From: Candidatus Binatia bacterium
Lineage (GTDB): Bacteria; Desulfobacterota; Binatia; Bin18
Assembly (NCBI GenBank): GCA_963664395.2
Contig: OY761159.2
Span: 1,632,001 to 1,696,000 of the forward strand
Direction: 5' to 3'
Length of the DNA stretch: 64,000 bases
This document shows, piece after piece, positions 1 through 9,762 of the stretch (its first letter is position 1; every line of letters starts with the position of its first letter). The position numbers and the translations under genes are program-made. The notes beneath the pieces were generated by a model. The model did not search any database, was not told the DNA's origin, and worked only from the letters and a program-made list of their open reading frames with translations.

Positions 1-1
1 G

Positions 2-412
2 CCTGGTGACCCCGGCGTGACAGAGCGCATGGCGAAGAAAGCCTATGAAGTCGCGGGGATCGGCCCTGAAGACCTTGATGTGGCTGAAGTCCACGACGCT
101 TCGGCGCCGGCAGAACTCATCATCTATGAAGAGCTCGGCCTGTGCCAACAAGGCGAAGGGGGCCGCCTGATTGACGAAGGGGTGACGGCGCTCGGCGGGA
201 AAACTCCGGTAAATCCCAGCGGCGGTTTGCTGGCCAAAGGCCATCCCGTCGGTGCCACCGGCACGGCCCAGATTGCCGAGATTTTCTGGCAACTCCGCGG
301 TGAAGCCGGTAAACGCCAAGTCGAAGGAGCCAGAGTTGGGCTGACCGAGAACGGTGGCGGTATGGTCCGGGGCGAAGCGGCCGCTTTGGCCGTTCACATT
401 CTCAGCGTCTAA
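2..412 (+). CDS. Thiolase family protein (SCP2-thiolase-like), C-terminal part; 5' end outside window
   Basis: DVAEVHDA, NPSGGLLAKGHPVGATG and RQVEGARVGLTENGGG motifs of the thiolase C-terminal domain. Confidence 0.85.
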   Translation, partial: PGDPGVTERMAKKAYEVAGIGPEDLDVAEVHDASAPAELIIYEELGLCQQGEGGRLIDEGVTALGGKTPVNPSGGLLAKGHPVGATGTAQIAEIFWQLRGEAGKRQVEGARVGLTENGGGMVRGEAAALAVHILSV

Positions 413-976
413 ATGCGGATTATCTCCGGCTCGGCAGGTGGGCTTACACTCACGGTGCCCAAGGGACACAAGATCCGGCCCACTGCCGACCGAGTCAGAG
501 AGTCTGTATTCAACATCTTGGCCAGTCGATTGTCTCTCATTGATATAGACGTTCTTGATCTGTTCGCCGGCACAGGGGGGCTCGGCATAGAAGCCTTAAG
601 CCGAGGCGGACGCTCGGCCGTGTTCGTTGATGCCAGTCCGGACGCGCAAAAAGTTATCCGCACCAACCTCAAAACAACCAAGTTGCTCCATCGTGGCCGT
701 ATGCTTCGGGCCACCGCCCTCACAGGTATTCGCATCCTGGAAAACCAAGGGCTCCGTTTCGGCGGGGTGTTTCTTGACCCGCCGTATCAGGAAGGCTGGG
801 TGGACAAAACCCTGCGGCGTTTGGCTCGGAGCTCGGTACTCCTCCCCGGTGCCTGGGTGGTTGTTGAGCACGCGCGGCAGGAAGCCGGAGCCGACTCCTA
901 CACCTCGTTGGTATTGACGGACCGTCGCCGTTACGGCACAACCGGGGTGTCTTTCTACCAGTATGAGCCAGCATGA
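413..976 (+). CDS. rsmD: 16S rRNA (guanine966-N2)-methyltransferase
   Basis: MRIISG, RPTADRVRESVFN, DLFAGTGGLGIEALSRG, DPPY; typical synteny with coaD. Confidence 0.92.
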   Translation: MRIISGSAGGLTLTVPKGHKIRPTADRVRESVFNILASRLSLIDIDVLDLFAGTGGLGIEALSRGGRSAVFVDASPDAQKVIRTNLKTTKLLHRGRMLRATALTGIRILENQGLRFGGVFLDPPYQEGWVDKTLRRLARSSVLLPGAWVVVEHARQEAGADSYTSLVLTDRRRYGTTGVSFYQYEPA

Positions 977-991
977 AAATGAGGAATCCGA

Positions 992-1486
992 GTGAAACGC
1001 CGCGCCATATATCCCGGCTCTTTTGACCCACCAACGTGTGGCCATGTAGACATCGTCCGGCGGAGTCTTGAGCTCACCGATGAAGTGGTTGTCGCTGTCG
1101 TGTATAACCCCCAAAAAGAGAACTACCTTTTCACTCCCCAGGAACGGCTCGACATGTTTCGCGAGGAGTTGCAGGAGGCCGGAGAGCGGGTGATCTACGA
1201 CAGCTTTCATGGCCTACTGGTTGATTACGTCGAGCGCATGCAATCCAAGATTATTATCCGGGGTTTGCGCGCGGCCTCAGATTTTGAATACGAGTTTCAG
1301 ATGGCCCTCATGAACCGCCATATGAAGCCCGAGATTGATACGGTTTTTCTGACGACCGGGGCGGCACATTTTTACACTGCGGCCCGCTTGATCAAAGAAA
1401 TTGCCAGTCTGAACGGTTCAGTGACGGGCCTCGTTCCGCCCCATGTCGAAAAGCGCCTTCGCGAGAAATTCGCGCAAAAGGCCTGA
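992..1486 (+). CDS. coaD: Phosphopantetheine adenylyltransferase
   Basis: AIYPGSFDPPTCGH, IIRGLRAASDFEYEFQMALMNR. Confidence 0.95.
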   Translation: MKRRAIYPGSFDPPTCGHVDIVRRSLELTDEVVVAVVYNPQKENYLFTPQERLDMFREELQEAGERVIYDSFHGLLVDYVERMQSKIIIRGLRAASDFEYEFQMALMNRHMKPEIDTVFLTTGAAHFYTAARLIKEIASLNGSVTGLVPPHVEKRLREKFAQKA

Positions 1487-1580
1487 ACGCGGACTATCAC
1501 AGGCTCACATGACCGTTTCACGTCGTTGTATGAGCCACGTGCAGACCGTGCATGAGACAAGAGGAGTGTAGGGTAAAATC

Positions 1581-2780
1581 ATGCGTCTTGCAGCACGTTT
1601 GGATCAGGTCAAACCATCGCCGACCCTCATGGTCACAGTGAAAGTCGCGGCGCTCCGCCGTGAGGGGATTGAAGTGATTGATTTTGGGGCTGGCGAGCCC
1701 GACTTTGATACCCCGGAGCATATTAAAGACGCGGCTATCGCGGCCCTCAAACAAGGCAAGACCAAATATACGCCGGTGGGCGGAACGGCGGACGTCAAAG
1801 AGGCCATCATCGCGAAACTCCGGCGAGACAATAGTCTCGAATACACACTCCCGGAAGTCACAACCGGTTGCGGCGGGAAACATATCCTCTTCAACGCCTT
1901 TCATGCCTTGGTCGGTCCCGGAGATGAAGTCCTCATCCCAGCGCCCTATTGGGTCAGCTATTCCGACATCGTGATCCTGGCCGGTGGCACACCGAAACTC
2001 CTTCCAACGACGGAAGAAACGGGTTTCAAAATCACGGCCGCCCAACTGCAAGACGCAATCGGCCCGCAGAGCAAAGTGCTGTTACTCAACAGCCCGTCCA
2101 ATCCGACCGGCGCCGCCTACACGGAAGACGAGCTCAGCCGGATTGCTGACGTGATCGAGTCCAGCGACCTCTTCACCATCTCTGACGACGTATACGAAAA
2201 GTTTTTGTACGACGCGCCGCGCTGCGCCCATTTGCTCGCACTCAAGCCCCAACTGCGCGACCGGGTGCTCGTGGCCAATTCGGTTTCAAAAACCTACGCC
2301 ATGACAGGCTGGCGTTTAGGCTATGCAGCCGGACCGCCGGAGGTCATTAAGGCGATGGAAACCATCCAGAGCCAGAGCACCTCAAACCCGAACTCAATCG
2401 CCCAGGCCGCGGCGATTGAAGCCCTGACCGGCGACCAGGAACCGGTCGGCGTCATGGCTGGAGAGTTTGCCAAGCGACGCACTTACGTGGTTGACCGACT
2501 CCGGGCTATCCCAGGCATCACCTGCACGCTGCCGGAAGGCGCGTTTTATGTTTTTCCACGGGTCTCGGGTTGCTTCGGGTCCCAGTGGCAGGGCAAAACC
2601 ATTGCGTCGGCCATGGACTTCTCGCTGTATCTCCTGGAAGAAGCCAAGGTTGCGCTTGTCGCAGGTGAGGGATTTGGCTCTGCGGAGCACGTCCGTATTT
2701 CGTATGCCACTTCCATGCAGAATCTGGAGCAGGGCCTCAATCAGATAGAGGCGGCGCTCCAGCGCCTGAGCGGAGCGTAG
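1581..2780 (+). CDS. aspC: PLP-dependent aminotransferase class I (aspartate aminotransferase-like)
   Basis: GAGEPDFDTP, NSPSNPTG, SVSKTYAMTGWRLGY PLP-lysine motif. Confidence 0.88.
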   Translation: MRLAARLDQVKPSPTLMVTVKVAALRREGIEVIDFGAGEPDFDTPEHIKDAAIAALKQGKTKYTPVGGTADVKEAIIAKLRRDNSLEYTLPEVTTGCGGKHILFNAFHALVGPGDEVLIPAPYWVSYSDIVILAGGTPKLLPTTEETGFKITAAQLQDAIGPQSKVLLLNSPSNPTGAAYTEDELSRIADVIESSDLFTISDDVYEKFLYDAPRCAHLLALKPQLRDRVLVANSVSKTYAMTGWRLGYAAGPPEVIKAMETIQSQSTSNPNSIAQAAAIEALTGDQEPVGVMAGEFAKRRTYVVDRLRAIPGITCTLPEGAFYVFPRVSGCFGSQWQGKTIASAMDFSLYLLEEAKVALVAGEGFGSAEHVRISYATSMQNLEQGLNQIEAALQRLSGA

Positions 2781-2790
2781 CGCCAAATCC

Positions 2791-3681
2791 TTACAGCGCC
2801 CTTAGCACCCTGTCCGCATCGAAATTATACCCGGCTGATTGCAGTTCCTTGACAAGGTCCGTTTTCCAGGCTCGGTCGTCCAGCGGAATGTACACAACCC
2901 CAGCGTAATCCGATGGTATCTCCACCTCTCCCTTGATCAGGGCGCAGACTCGGTTTCGACCAAGTTTGCCGATAAAGAAGCCCAACTCGAAAATCACGTT
3001 CTGTCTGGCACGAGGATTGAGCGTATTGCTGTCATCCTGAAGCGAACCGGTATCATCCGGCGTCAGTAAAGCTACCGCGAATCCGACCTGTGCGTGTTGC
3101 TCGAATTTCTCAATGATGGTACGTCCCCGGCTCGGTTGTTCGGCTAATATCACCGGATTGAGCTCTAATTGCTCAAGGAATCTCGCGACAGTGTTCTTCG
3201 TGCCTTCATCTCTACCATGGATGACGAAGACTTCATTCGTGTTCGTCCGTTTATTCTCTTGGGCAGCGGAAGATGGCGGTGTCTGGTTTTCTTCTTCCTC
3301 CTCCTCTTCCTCCTCTTCTTCCCCCTGCATACTGAAAGCCTCTAACACGCCTTTTGCTGTCACCGGCTCCCAATACTCCTCAATCTCCTCAATCATCGAT
3401 TCGAGGATCGCCGCCGCGGATTCCAAGCCTTCCACATATGCTTTCTGCTCTTCCCAATCAGAAGCGTTTATGATCATTGACCAATAGCCGACACGGTCGA
3501 AGTCCTTGATATGGCGTGACTTGTCCCCGAACGTACTGGTAATGGCGATCTGTGTATTTCTTCTCCACTTCTTAAGTTCTGGAGAACTGCTTCGGTCCTG
3601 CAATTCCCTCAATTCGGGTATTGCATCCAGTGCTCTCCGTAGACGCTCCAATGCCTTGGCTTTGCTCGGTTTCGCCATCAC
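2791..3681 (-). CDS. TIR-like domain nucleotide-binding protein (Cap12/Pycsar-effector-type TIR) with N-terminal helical domain and poly-Glu linker
   Basis: VFVIHGRD, TIIEKFE, FAVALLTPDD, ARQNVIFELG (putative catalytic Glu), EIPSDYAGVVYI. Confidence 0.85.
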   Translation of the reverse strand: MMAKPSKAKALERLRRALDAIPELRELQDRSSSPELKKWRRNTQIAITSTFGDKSRHIKDFDRVGYWSMIINASDWEEQKAYVEGLESAAAILESMIEEIEEYWEPVTAKGVLEAFSMQGEEEEEEEEEEENQTPPSSAAQENKRTNTNEVFVIHGRDEGTKNTVARFLEQLELNPVILAEQPSRGRTIIEKFEQHAQVGFAVALLTPDDTGSLQDDSNTLNPRARQNVIFELGFFIGKLGRNRVCALIKGEVEIPSDYAGVVYIPLDDRAWKTDLVKELQSAGYNFDADRVLRAL

Positions 3682-3850
3682 TCCAACTCCACAATCTTCA
3701 AGCTCTCGGTCCTCCGATAGTCCGCAATCTTGACCGCCGCCTGATGATGCTCGTCGGCCCCAACCAGCCTTGAGCTTGCGCGCTAGCTTGGCTCAGCCGT
3801 CTTTGGGAGCCGGCTATGGGTAAAGAACACTTGGCGGGGAAACAGAGGGC
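3678..3850 (-). pseudogene. Decayed 3' end of a site-specific (type III Mod-like) DNA methyltransferase
   Basis: Minus strand reads LFPRQVFF / PIAG..KDG*AKLARKLKA / GADEHHQAAVKIADYRRTESLKIVELE*, with frameshifts and a TGA where Trp is expected. This resembles the C-terminus recalled for Mod-type methylases (AVKIVDDRGIESLKIVE). Its stop overlaps the TIR start (GTGATG). Confidence 0.62.
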
Positions 3851-3892
3851 TTTGCGCCTTCGCTGGCGCGTCAGCCCTCTATCGGAATTGCG

Positions 3893-4189
3893 CTAGAGCC
3901 CTTCGACCAGGACAATCTCGGCCTCGGAGCCGGTCTGGCGCAGCTTAATCAGTGGGGCGTACTCCGGGTCGTTATACCAGGCCCGGGCGGCCTCCAGGGA
4001 CGGGAACTCAACGACGACCATCACCCGGCCGGCCGGCGTCGTGCCTTCCACGACATCCATCTCCCCGCCGCGCACCAGGTAGCGTCCGCCGTGCTTCTCC
4101 ACCAAAGCCTGAACTTTCGGTCCATACTCCTCCACCCAGGCAGGATCACTCACATCTACTCCACCAACGAGATAGGCTGGCATACTCAT
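3893..4189 (-). CDS. DUF1330 domain protein
   Basis: PAYLVG, KHGGRYLVRGG, VVVEFPSLEAARAWYNDPEY. Confidence 0.88.
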   Translation of the reverse strand: MSMPAYLVGGVDVSDPAWVEEYGPKVQALVEKHGGRYLVRGGEMDVVEGTTPAGRVMVVVEFPSLEAARAWYNDPEYAPLIKLRQTGSEAEIVLVEGL

Positions 4190-4304
4190 ATTCTCCTTTG
4201 TCTTTACTATAATCTCATCTCTCCGAGTGCTTCTATCACACCGGGTACGCCGTGGTCACCCGTACCCCAGAGTCGTGCTCCGTTCTGTTTTTCCCCCTCG
4301 GGCT

Positions 4305-5900
4305 TCAGCCGTTGACCAGTTCCCAGGCCAATTTTTTTGCCGTCTCAAGGTCGGACACGAAATGCTCTGAAGGAATGCGGTCATGGATACCGAACATCCG
4401 TAGCGCTTCCTCAGCCGAACCGGACAAGCCAACGACAACACAGCCCTTGGCCTCCGTTTGGGAGACCGCGGCCAGGTCCTCGATGACCAGGGCCGCGCTA
4501 TCGTCCATATACGTCACGTCCGAAAAGTCGAAGATGACCACCTCGTGGTCCTTGATGTCCGCCCCGACCGACCGGGCCAGTTCCCGCGCAGACGCCACGG
4601 AAAAGTGGCCGGGGAGGGCGACGAGCCCGACGCGGGCTTCGTAGGATTTCTCTGCCTCCGGAGAGACCACTGCATCCAGAAGCGGTACCGATACCACCTT
4701 CTTCAACTCTTCGGGCTCCAAGCGACGCGCAGACACGAAGCCGGCCATAATCAGCCCCACACCAACCGCCATGATGAGATCGACAAACACGGTCAGCACC
4801 AGCGTCAGCAACATGATGATCACGTTTTCTGTCGCCGCCTGGTGAATCCGCAGCAGGAAGCGCCAGTCGATGATGTCCCAGCCCACCTTCATCAGGATGC
4901 CGGCCAGGCAGGCCTCCGGGACTCGCGCGACGAACGGGCCGAGGCCAAACATAAAGGCCAGGAGGATCACGGCGTGTAAGGCACCCGATAGCGGCGTTCG
5001 CCCCCCGACCCGCACGTTGAGCAACGTTCGCATGGTGGCACCCGCCCCAGGCATGACACCCAGCAGACCTGCTGCCACGTTGCCCATACCCTGACCGAAC
5101 AACTCCCGGTCCGAGTTGTGTTGTGTCCGGGTCATGGAATCGGCAACCAGGGAGGTCAACAAACTGTCGATGGAGTTCACCAAAGCGAGAATCAGAGCCG
5201 GCTCCAACATTTTGGACAAAAATCCTCCGGCCAGCACTGGCCATTGCGGCTCAGGCAGCCCGGTGGGGACTGCGCCAATCACCGGCGCGCTAGGCAACCA
5301 GAGCTCTGCCACGACCGTCCCGAGAAGCAGGGCCGCGAGCGGCGAGGGCAATATGTTGTGTAACCGCCGGGGCCAGAATATGCCAACCGCGAGCGCTACG
5401 CTGGCGATAACCAGGGCATCCGGATTGAGGTTGGCCAGCGCCGCAGGCCACGCCCGGACGGCGTCGAGCGGTCCGCCCGCCGCTGATGTACCCAGAAAGG
5501 GCAAGGTCTGAAGGAGAATGATGATAATGCCGATGCCGGACATAAACCCCGAGACAACGGAATACGGCGTATAGGTCACGAACCGTCCGAATCTGAGCAG
5601 GCCGAAAGCAATCTGGAACAGCCCGCTCAATATGACGATTGTCGCGACCTCGGCCAGATTGTCGGCATGCTGGGTGACGATGACCGCCGTGGCAATGGCT
5701 GTTGGCCCGGTGGGCCCGGATATCTGCGCCGGCGTTCCACCCAGCACCGCGGCCAAGAATCCGACCACGATTGCGCCGTATAATCCGGCGACCGGCCCCA
5801 AACCGGACGCCACGCCAAAGGCCAAGGCCAGGGGCAAGGCCACCACGGCCGAGGCAATACCTCCGAAGATGTCCCCGCGCAGGGTTTTCAGATCAAACAT
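4305..5900 (-). CDS. SulP/SLC26 anion permease with STAS domain (BicA-like subgroup)
   Basis: GDIFGGIASAVVALPLALAFGVASG, QISGPTGP, many TM segments, C-terminal VIFDFSDVTYMDDSA. Confidence 0.9.
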   Translation of the reverse strand: MFDLKTLRGDIFGGIASAVVALPLALAFGVASGLGPVAGLYGAIVVGFLAAVLGGTPAQISGPTGPTAIATAVIVTQHADNLAEVATIVILSGLFQIAFGLLRFGRFVTYTPYSVVSGFMSGIGIIIILLQTLPFLGTSAAGGPLDAVRAWPAALANLNPDALVIASVALAVGIFWPRRLHNILPSPLAALLLGTVVAELWLPSAPVIGAVPTGLPEPQWPVLAGGFLSKMLEPALILALVNSIDSLLTSLVADSMTRTQHNSDRELFGQGMGNVAAGLLGVMPGAGATMRTLLNVRVGGRTPLSGALHAVILLAFMFGLGPFVARVPEACLAGILMKVGWDIIDWRFLLRIHQAATENVIIMLLTLVLTVFVDLIMAVGVGLIMAGFVSARRLEPEELKKVVSVPLLDAVVSPEAEKSYEARVGLVALPGHFSVASARELARSVGADIKDHEVVIFDFSDVTYMDDSAALVIEDLAAVSQTEAKGCVVVGLSGSAEEALRMFGIHDRIPSEHFVSDLETAKKLAWELVNG

Positions 5901-5952
5901 CGTTGCTTCCCCAGAGTTCTCGTTGGGGGTGGCCGTTGGTCGCCTCCGGGCA

Positions 5953-7110
5953 TTATCCTGCCAACTTCTTCTCCGTCGTCAACCAGGTAAACACCAGCGT
6001 TCCAACGCCACCGGCAACCGCACCAAAACCAAATAAAGGCCGCAGGCCGACAACATCCGACAGCAGTCCGGCCAATACCGGGCCGAGCATCATGCCGACG
6101 CTCAGCGCCATATTCAGCACGCCCATAACCGCCCCCATCCCACCCTGCTTGCCCTCCCCCACGGCCAGGGCAGTTAAGGCCGGTCCGGCGAGCGCTCCCA
6201 GCATTCCAGTGAATCCACCGATGAGCAGCAGCTCCCAAAAGCTCTGGGAAAAGATGATGGTCACAAAAGCGACGGAGGACAGGTAGCCACTGACGATAAT
6301 CAACAGCCGCTTGCTATAGCGGTCGGCCAGACGGCCAAACGGGACCTGGACGAGGCTGCTCACCAGCATATACGTGGCCATGATGATACCGATGCGAGAT
6401 TGGCTGAGGAACAGGACTTCTACGGCGAGCAGCGGTAAGAAAGAGAACCATAATCCCATCTGAATGGCCGTCACCATACGAAACAGGGTAATCCCGCGTA
6501 CACTCGGTCTGCGCAAGAGTTCGCGGTAGGACGGCGGTCGCGGCCTCTCCTCATGAGGAGAACGGGCCTCATCTAAAAAGAAGAGGACAAAGAGAAGAGC
6601 CAGGACGTTCAAGCCGCCCATCAAATAAAAACTGATAGCCATGCCATACGTATCGCTCAGCCAGCCCCCGGCCAGGGGGCCGACTCCGATACTGCTGGTC
6701 AGTGCCAGATTGAAGATGCCCATCAGCTCACCCCGCTTTTCTGCGGGAGCAAGGTCACCGACATACGCGGTCGAGATGGGAATAATGAGGGCCACCGCAA
6801 GCCCCTGGAAAAATCGGCCCAGGGTCAAGTACACGATATTCGGGGCCCACACATAGACGAGCGACATCAGGCTGCTGAGGAGCAGGCCAGCAGCAATAAA
6901 CGCCTTGCGTCCGCGCTGGTCGGACAGGCGCCCGATGGTCGGCATGAACAGTATCTGAGCTAAGGGAAAGCTGGCAAAAAAGACCCCGATACTGACTCCG
7001 GTCGCACCCAGCGTCTTGGCGTAAATCGGCATGAACGGAATCACGATACCCATGCCGAGCATGGAGGTGAAAATCGCGAGGTTCAGAATATAAAAAACGC
7101 GCCAGTTCAA
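5953..7110 (-). CDS. MFS transporter
   Basis: ~12 TM segments; motif A GRLSDQRGRK and GRLADRYSKR. Confidence 0.9.
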   Translation of the reverse strand: MNWRVFYILNLAIFTSMLGMGIVIPFMPIYAKTLGATGVSIGVFFASFPLAQILFMPTIGRLSDQRGRKAFIAAGLLLSSLMSLVYVWAPNIVYLTLGRFFQGLAVALIIPISTAYVGDLAPAEKRGELMGIFNLALTSSIGVGPLAGGWLSDTYGMAISFYLMGGLNVLALLFVLFFLDEARSPHEERPRPPSYRELLRRPSVRGITLFRMVTAIQMGLWFSFLPLLAVEVLFLSQSRIGIIMATYMLVSSLVQVPFGRLADRYSKRLLIIVSGYLSSVAFVTIIFSQSFWELLLIGGFTGMLGALAGPALTALAVGEGKQGGMGAVMGVLNMALSVGMMLGPVLAGLLSDVVGLRPLFGFGAVAGGVGTLVFTWLTTEKKLAG

Positions 7111-7300
7111 AATGCGGGTCCCGGAGCGGAAGGCTCAGTGGATAGATTTCTTGTTTCATACGGCTCCTCATCCGACAAGGAAGTGCGCCCGCTTTCCTCT
7201 GCTTGCCGCTTTCTGCTAAGAAAATACCCGTAGGTGTGTTCACCGCACCTCAAGAAGCGTGGGCAGCGCCCACCGACCTCTCAACTATGGAGGACCAGCT

Positions 7301-8449
7301 ATGTTTAATCATCCGGTCATTTCCGCTGATGGTCATATGGACATCCCGTGTTTGCCGGCCGCTCTTTTCACCGAGAATGCCCCGGCTCACCTCAAAGACA
7401 AAATGCCTCGGGTGGTAGACACGCCAGAGGGGAAAACCTGGGTCACGCACAATGGGACAAGTATGGGTCTGGTGGGCGGGATGGGCTCGGGCGGGCGGCA
7501 GTATATCCCAGGCCAGATTCATCGTGCCGACCGTATGGCCTCAACCGGCCTGTACGAGGATCAAAGCAAGGGTATCATGCGCACGACCGTCCCCGCGCTG
7601 CGGGTCAAGGACCAGGAACGTGACGGGGTCGTTGGAGAAGTCGTCTACGGCATCCTCGGCGCGGCCTTTCGGATTGATGACCCCGAAGTGACCGACACAG
7701 TGGTAAAGATCTATAACGATTTTGCCGCTGACTTTTGTCGAGCGGAGCCCGGTCGTTTTGCCGCGGTTGCGAGCCTGCCGGCTTCGTCTCCGGAGAAAAC
7801 AGCTGAGGAAGTGCGACGCTGTGCGAAAATAGGCCTCAAAGGAGCCGAGCTTCCCGTCCGTCACGACATGATGCCGCTGTGGCATCTCGACTGGAACCCG
7901 GTCTGGGAAGCCTCGCATGACACCGGCCTGCCGATTCATCTGCATACCATCGGTCCCAAGCTTGACATGACCTGGGCCACAGACCATCGCTCCAAACGCA
8001 TGTGGCTAGCCACCGTTCTGACTGAGTTTCAAATTGCCACCGCCGGCTTTATCGGGGCCGTCATCTATGGCGGTGCCTTGGAGCGCTACTCCCAGTGCAG
8101 AGTCGTTATTGGTGAAGCCGGGATAGGCTGGATTCCCTACGTCCTGGAACGTATGGACTATGAGTGGGAAGATCAGTTTCAGGACCTCGAACTCCGCATG
8201 AAGCCGAGTGAGTATTGGTACCGGCAGATGTACGCAACCTTTCAGCAGGATCAGACCGGCCTGGATATGATCGAGCGCGTCGGCGTCAACAACGTGATGT
8301 GGGGCTCGGACTTTCCGCATCCCGATGGGGTATGGCCGGATTCACAAGAATTTCTGCAAAAGCAGCTCGCCCATCTGTCCGAAGACGTTCGCCGCAAGCT
8401 CGTTTACGAAAACGCGGCGCAGCTGTATGGCTTTCCGATGGAGCAGTAA
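7301..8449 (+). CDS. Amidohydrolase family protein (Amidohydro_2)
   Basis: ISADGH, PIHLH, EAGIGWIPY, VMWGSDFPHPDG; GGAGG RBS before ATG 7301. Confidence 0.85.
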   Translation: MFNHPVISADGHMDIPCLPAALFTENAPAHLKDKMPRVVDTPEGKTWVTHNGTSMGLVGGMGSGGRQYIPGQIHRADRMASTGLYEDQSKGIMRTTVPALRVKDQERDGVVGEVVYGILGAAFRIDDPEVTDTVVKIYNDFAADFCRAEPGRFAAVASLPASSPEKTAEEVRRCAKIGLKGAELPVRHDMMPLWHLDWNPVWEASHDTGLPIHLHTIGPKLDMTWATDHRSKRMWLATVLTEFQIATAGFIGAVIYGGALERYSQCRVVIGEAGIGWIPYVLERMDYEWEDQFQDLELRMKPSEYWYRQMYATFQQDQTGLDMIERVGVNNVMWGSDFPHPDGVWPDSQEFLQKQLAHLSEDVRRKLVYENAAQLYGFPMEQ

Positions 8450-8459
8450 GGAGAGACGC

Positions 8460-9236
8460 ATGAAGATTATTCCTATCCCCGTATTGTCCGATAATTACGC
8501 CTATGTGCTTATTGATGAAGCGACCAACGAGGCCGGCGTTGTTGACCCATCCGAGGCCGGTCCGGTTGCAGCCGCGGTCAAACGCGAGGGCGTGAATTTT
8601 ACGACCATCATCAATACCCACCACCACTGGGATCATGTGGGCGGGAATAAAGAGCTGGTGCAGGAATTTCCGCAGCTCAAAGTCTACGGCCATAAGCGGG
8701 ACGAGACGCGCACGCCGTGCATTACCAACATGGTCGATGAGGGCGATACGGTCCGGATTGGCAATCTCGAAGCGCGTTTTCTCTTTATCCCGTGCCATAC
8801 CAGCGGCCATATTGCCGCCTATTTTGAAGCGGAAAAATCGGTTTTTACCGGCGATACGCTCTTTATTGCCGGTTGTGGACGTCTGTTTGAGGGAACAGCC
8901 GCAGACATGCACAACAATATGGTCACGCTGATGCAGTTACCGGACGACACCAAGATTTACTGCGGGCATGAGTACACCGTCAACAATCTGAACTTCGCCC
9001 TCAGCCTGGAGCCGGGCAATGTGAAACTCCAGGAAAAGTTACGCTGGGCCGAGGAACTGCGGGCCAAAAACCAGCCGACCATTCCGGGCACGGTAGGTGA
9101 AGAAAAAGAGATCAACCCGTTTGTGCGGGTAGACAGCCCTGAGTTGCAGGAACATGTGCAACAGTCCTTCCCTGGGCTCGCCCTCGACCCCGTGTCAGTC
9201 CTGGAAAAGACCCGCCATCTGAAAGACAACTTCTAA
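8460..9236 (+). CDS. gloB: Hydroxyacylglutathione hydrolase (glyoxalase II)
   Basis: DNYAY, THHHWDHVGGN, PCHTSGH, FTGDTLFIAGCGRLFEG, YCGHEYT; AAGGAG RBS. Confidence 0.92.
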   Translation: MKIIPIPVLSDNYAYVLIDEATNEAGVVDPSEAGPVAAAVKREGVNFTTIINTHHHWDHVGGNKELVQEFPQLKVYGHKRDETRTPCITNMVDEGDTVRIGNLEARFLFIPCHTSGHIAAYFEAEKSVFTGDTLFIAGCGRLFEGTAADMHNNMVTLMQLPDDTKIYCGHEYTVNNLNFALSLEPGNVKLQEKLRWAEELRAKNQPTIPGTVGEEKEINPFVRVDSPELQEHVQQSFPGLALDPVSVLEKTRHLKDNF

Positions 9237-9240
9237 CTTT

Positions 9241-9289
9241 AGGGTCTGTTGAGTCTGTTGAGTCTGACCCAAAGGACCCAACAGACTCA
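9241..9289. repeat. Intergenic palindrome built from a repeated GTCTGTTGA unit (REP-like hairpin)
   Basis: GAGTCTGTTGAGTC pairs with GACCCAACAGACTC (one mismatch); GTCTGTTGA is tandemly duplicated. Confidence 0.5.
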
Positions 9290-9309
9290 TTCGGAGCACG
9301 GCATAAGGT

Positions 9310-9762
9310 ATGTCCACCGCGTCTTCTTTTGTGCTTTCCCTGGGGCTAGGTGTATTCCTGACCTCGTGTAGCCTGTTCGACACTACCGTCCTCGAACAAC
9401 AGCGCGCGGAGATCGAACGTTTACGCCAGGAAGCCGAGCAGTTGCGGCGAGATACTGAGGCCCTCCAGCAACAACGTACCCAGCAGCAACAGCAAACCGA
9501 GGCGTGCAACCGGGCGTTTAGTGACTTTGATTCCGCCAGAAAAGCGACCGATGATGCGGCCGCGGTGGCCTATTATAAAGCCGGCTTAGCCATCTGTCCG
9601 AGCGATGATGTTGCCCATTATGAGCTGGGAGAAATCTATGTGCGCCTTGGTCAGACGGAGGCGGCGCGGGCCGAGTTTGCCGAGGCGCTGCAAATCAATC
9701 CCGGTTTTTCACGTGCACAGCGCCAACTGGATAGCCTGGGGGGAGCAATTTCGTCTCCCTAG
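9310..9762 (+). CDS. TPR-containing lipoprotein
   Basis: Signal peptide with LTSC lipobox, coiled coil, TPR-like AHYELGEIYVRLG...ALQINP. Confidence 0.72.
   Translation: MSTASSFVLSLGLGVFLTSCSLFDTTVLEQQRAEIERLRQEAEQLRRDTEALQQQRTQQQQQTEACNRAFSDFDSARKATDDAAAVAYYKAGLAICPSDDVAHYELGEIYVRLGQTEAARAEFAEALQINPGFSRAQRQLDSLGGAISSP

Noticed and set aside
3287-3321. Pyrimidine run as a slippage or phase-variation tract
   Set aside because: Mixed GAA/GAG codons in frame; a length change would not switch the frame.
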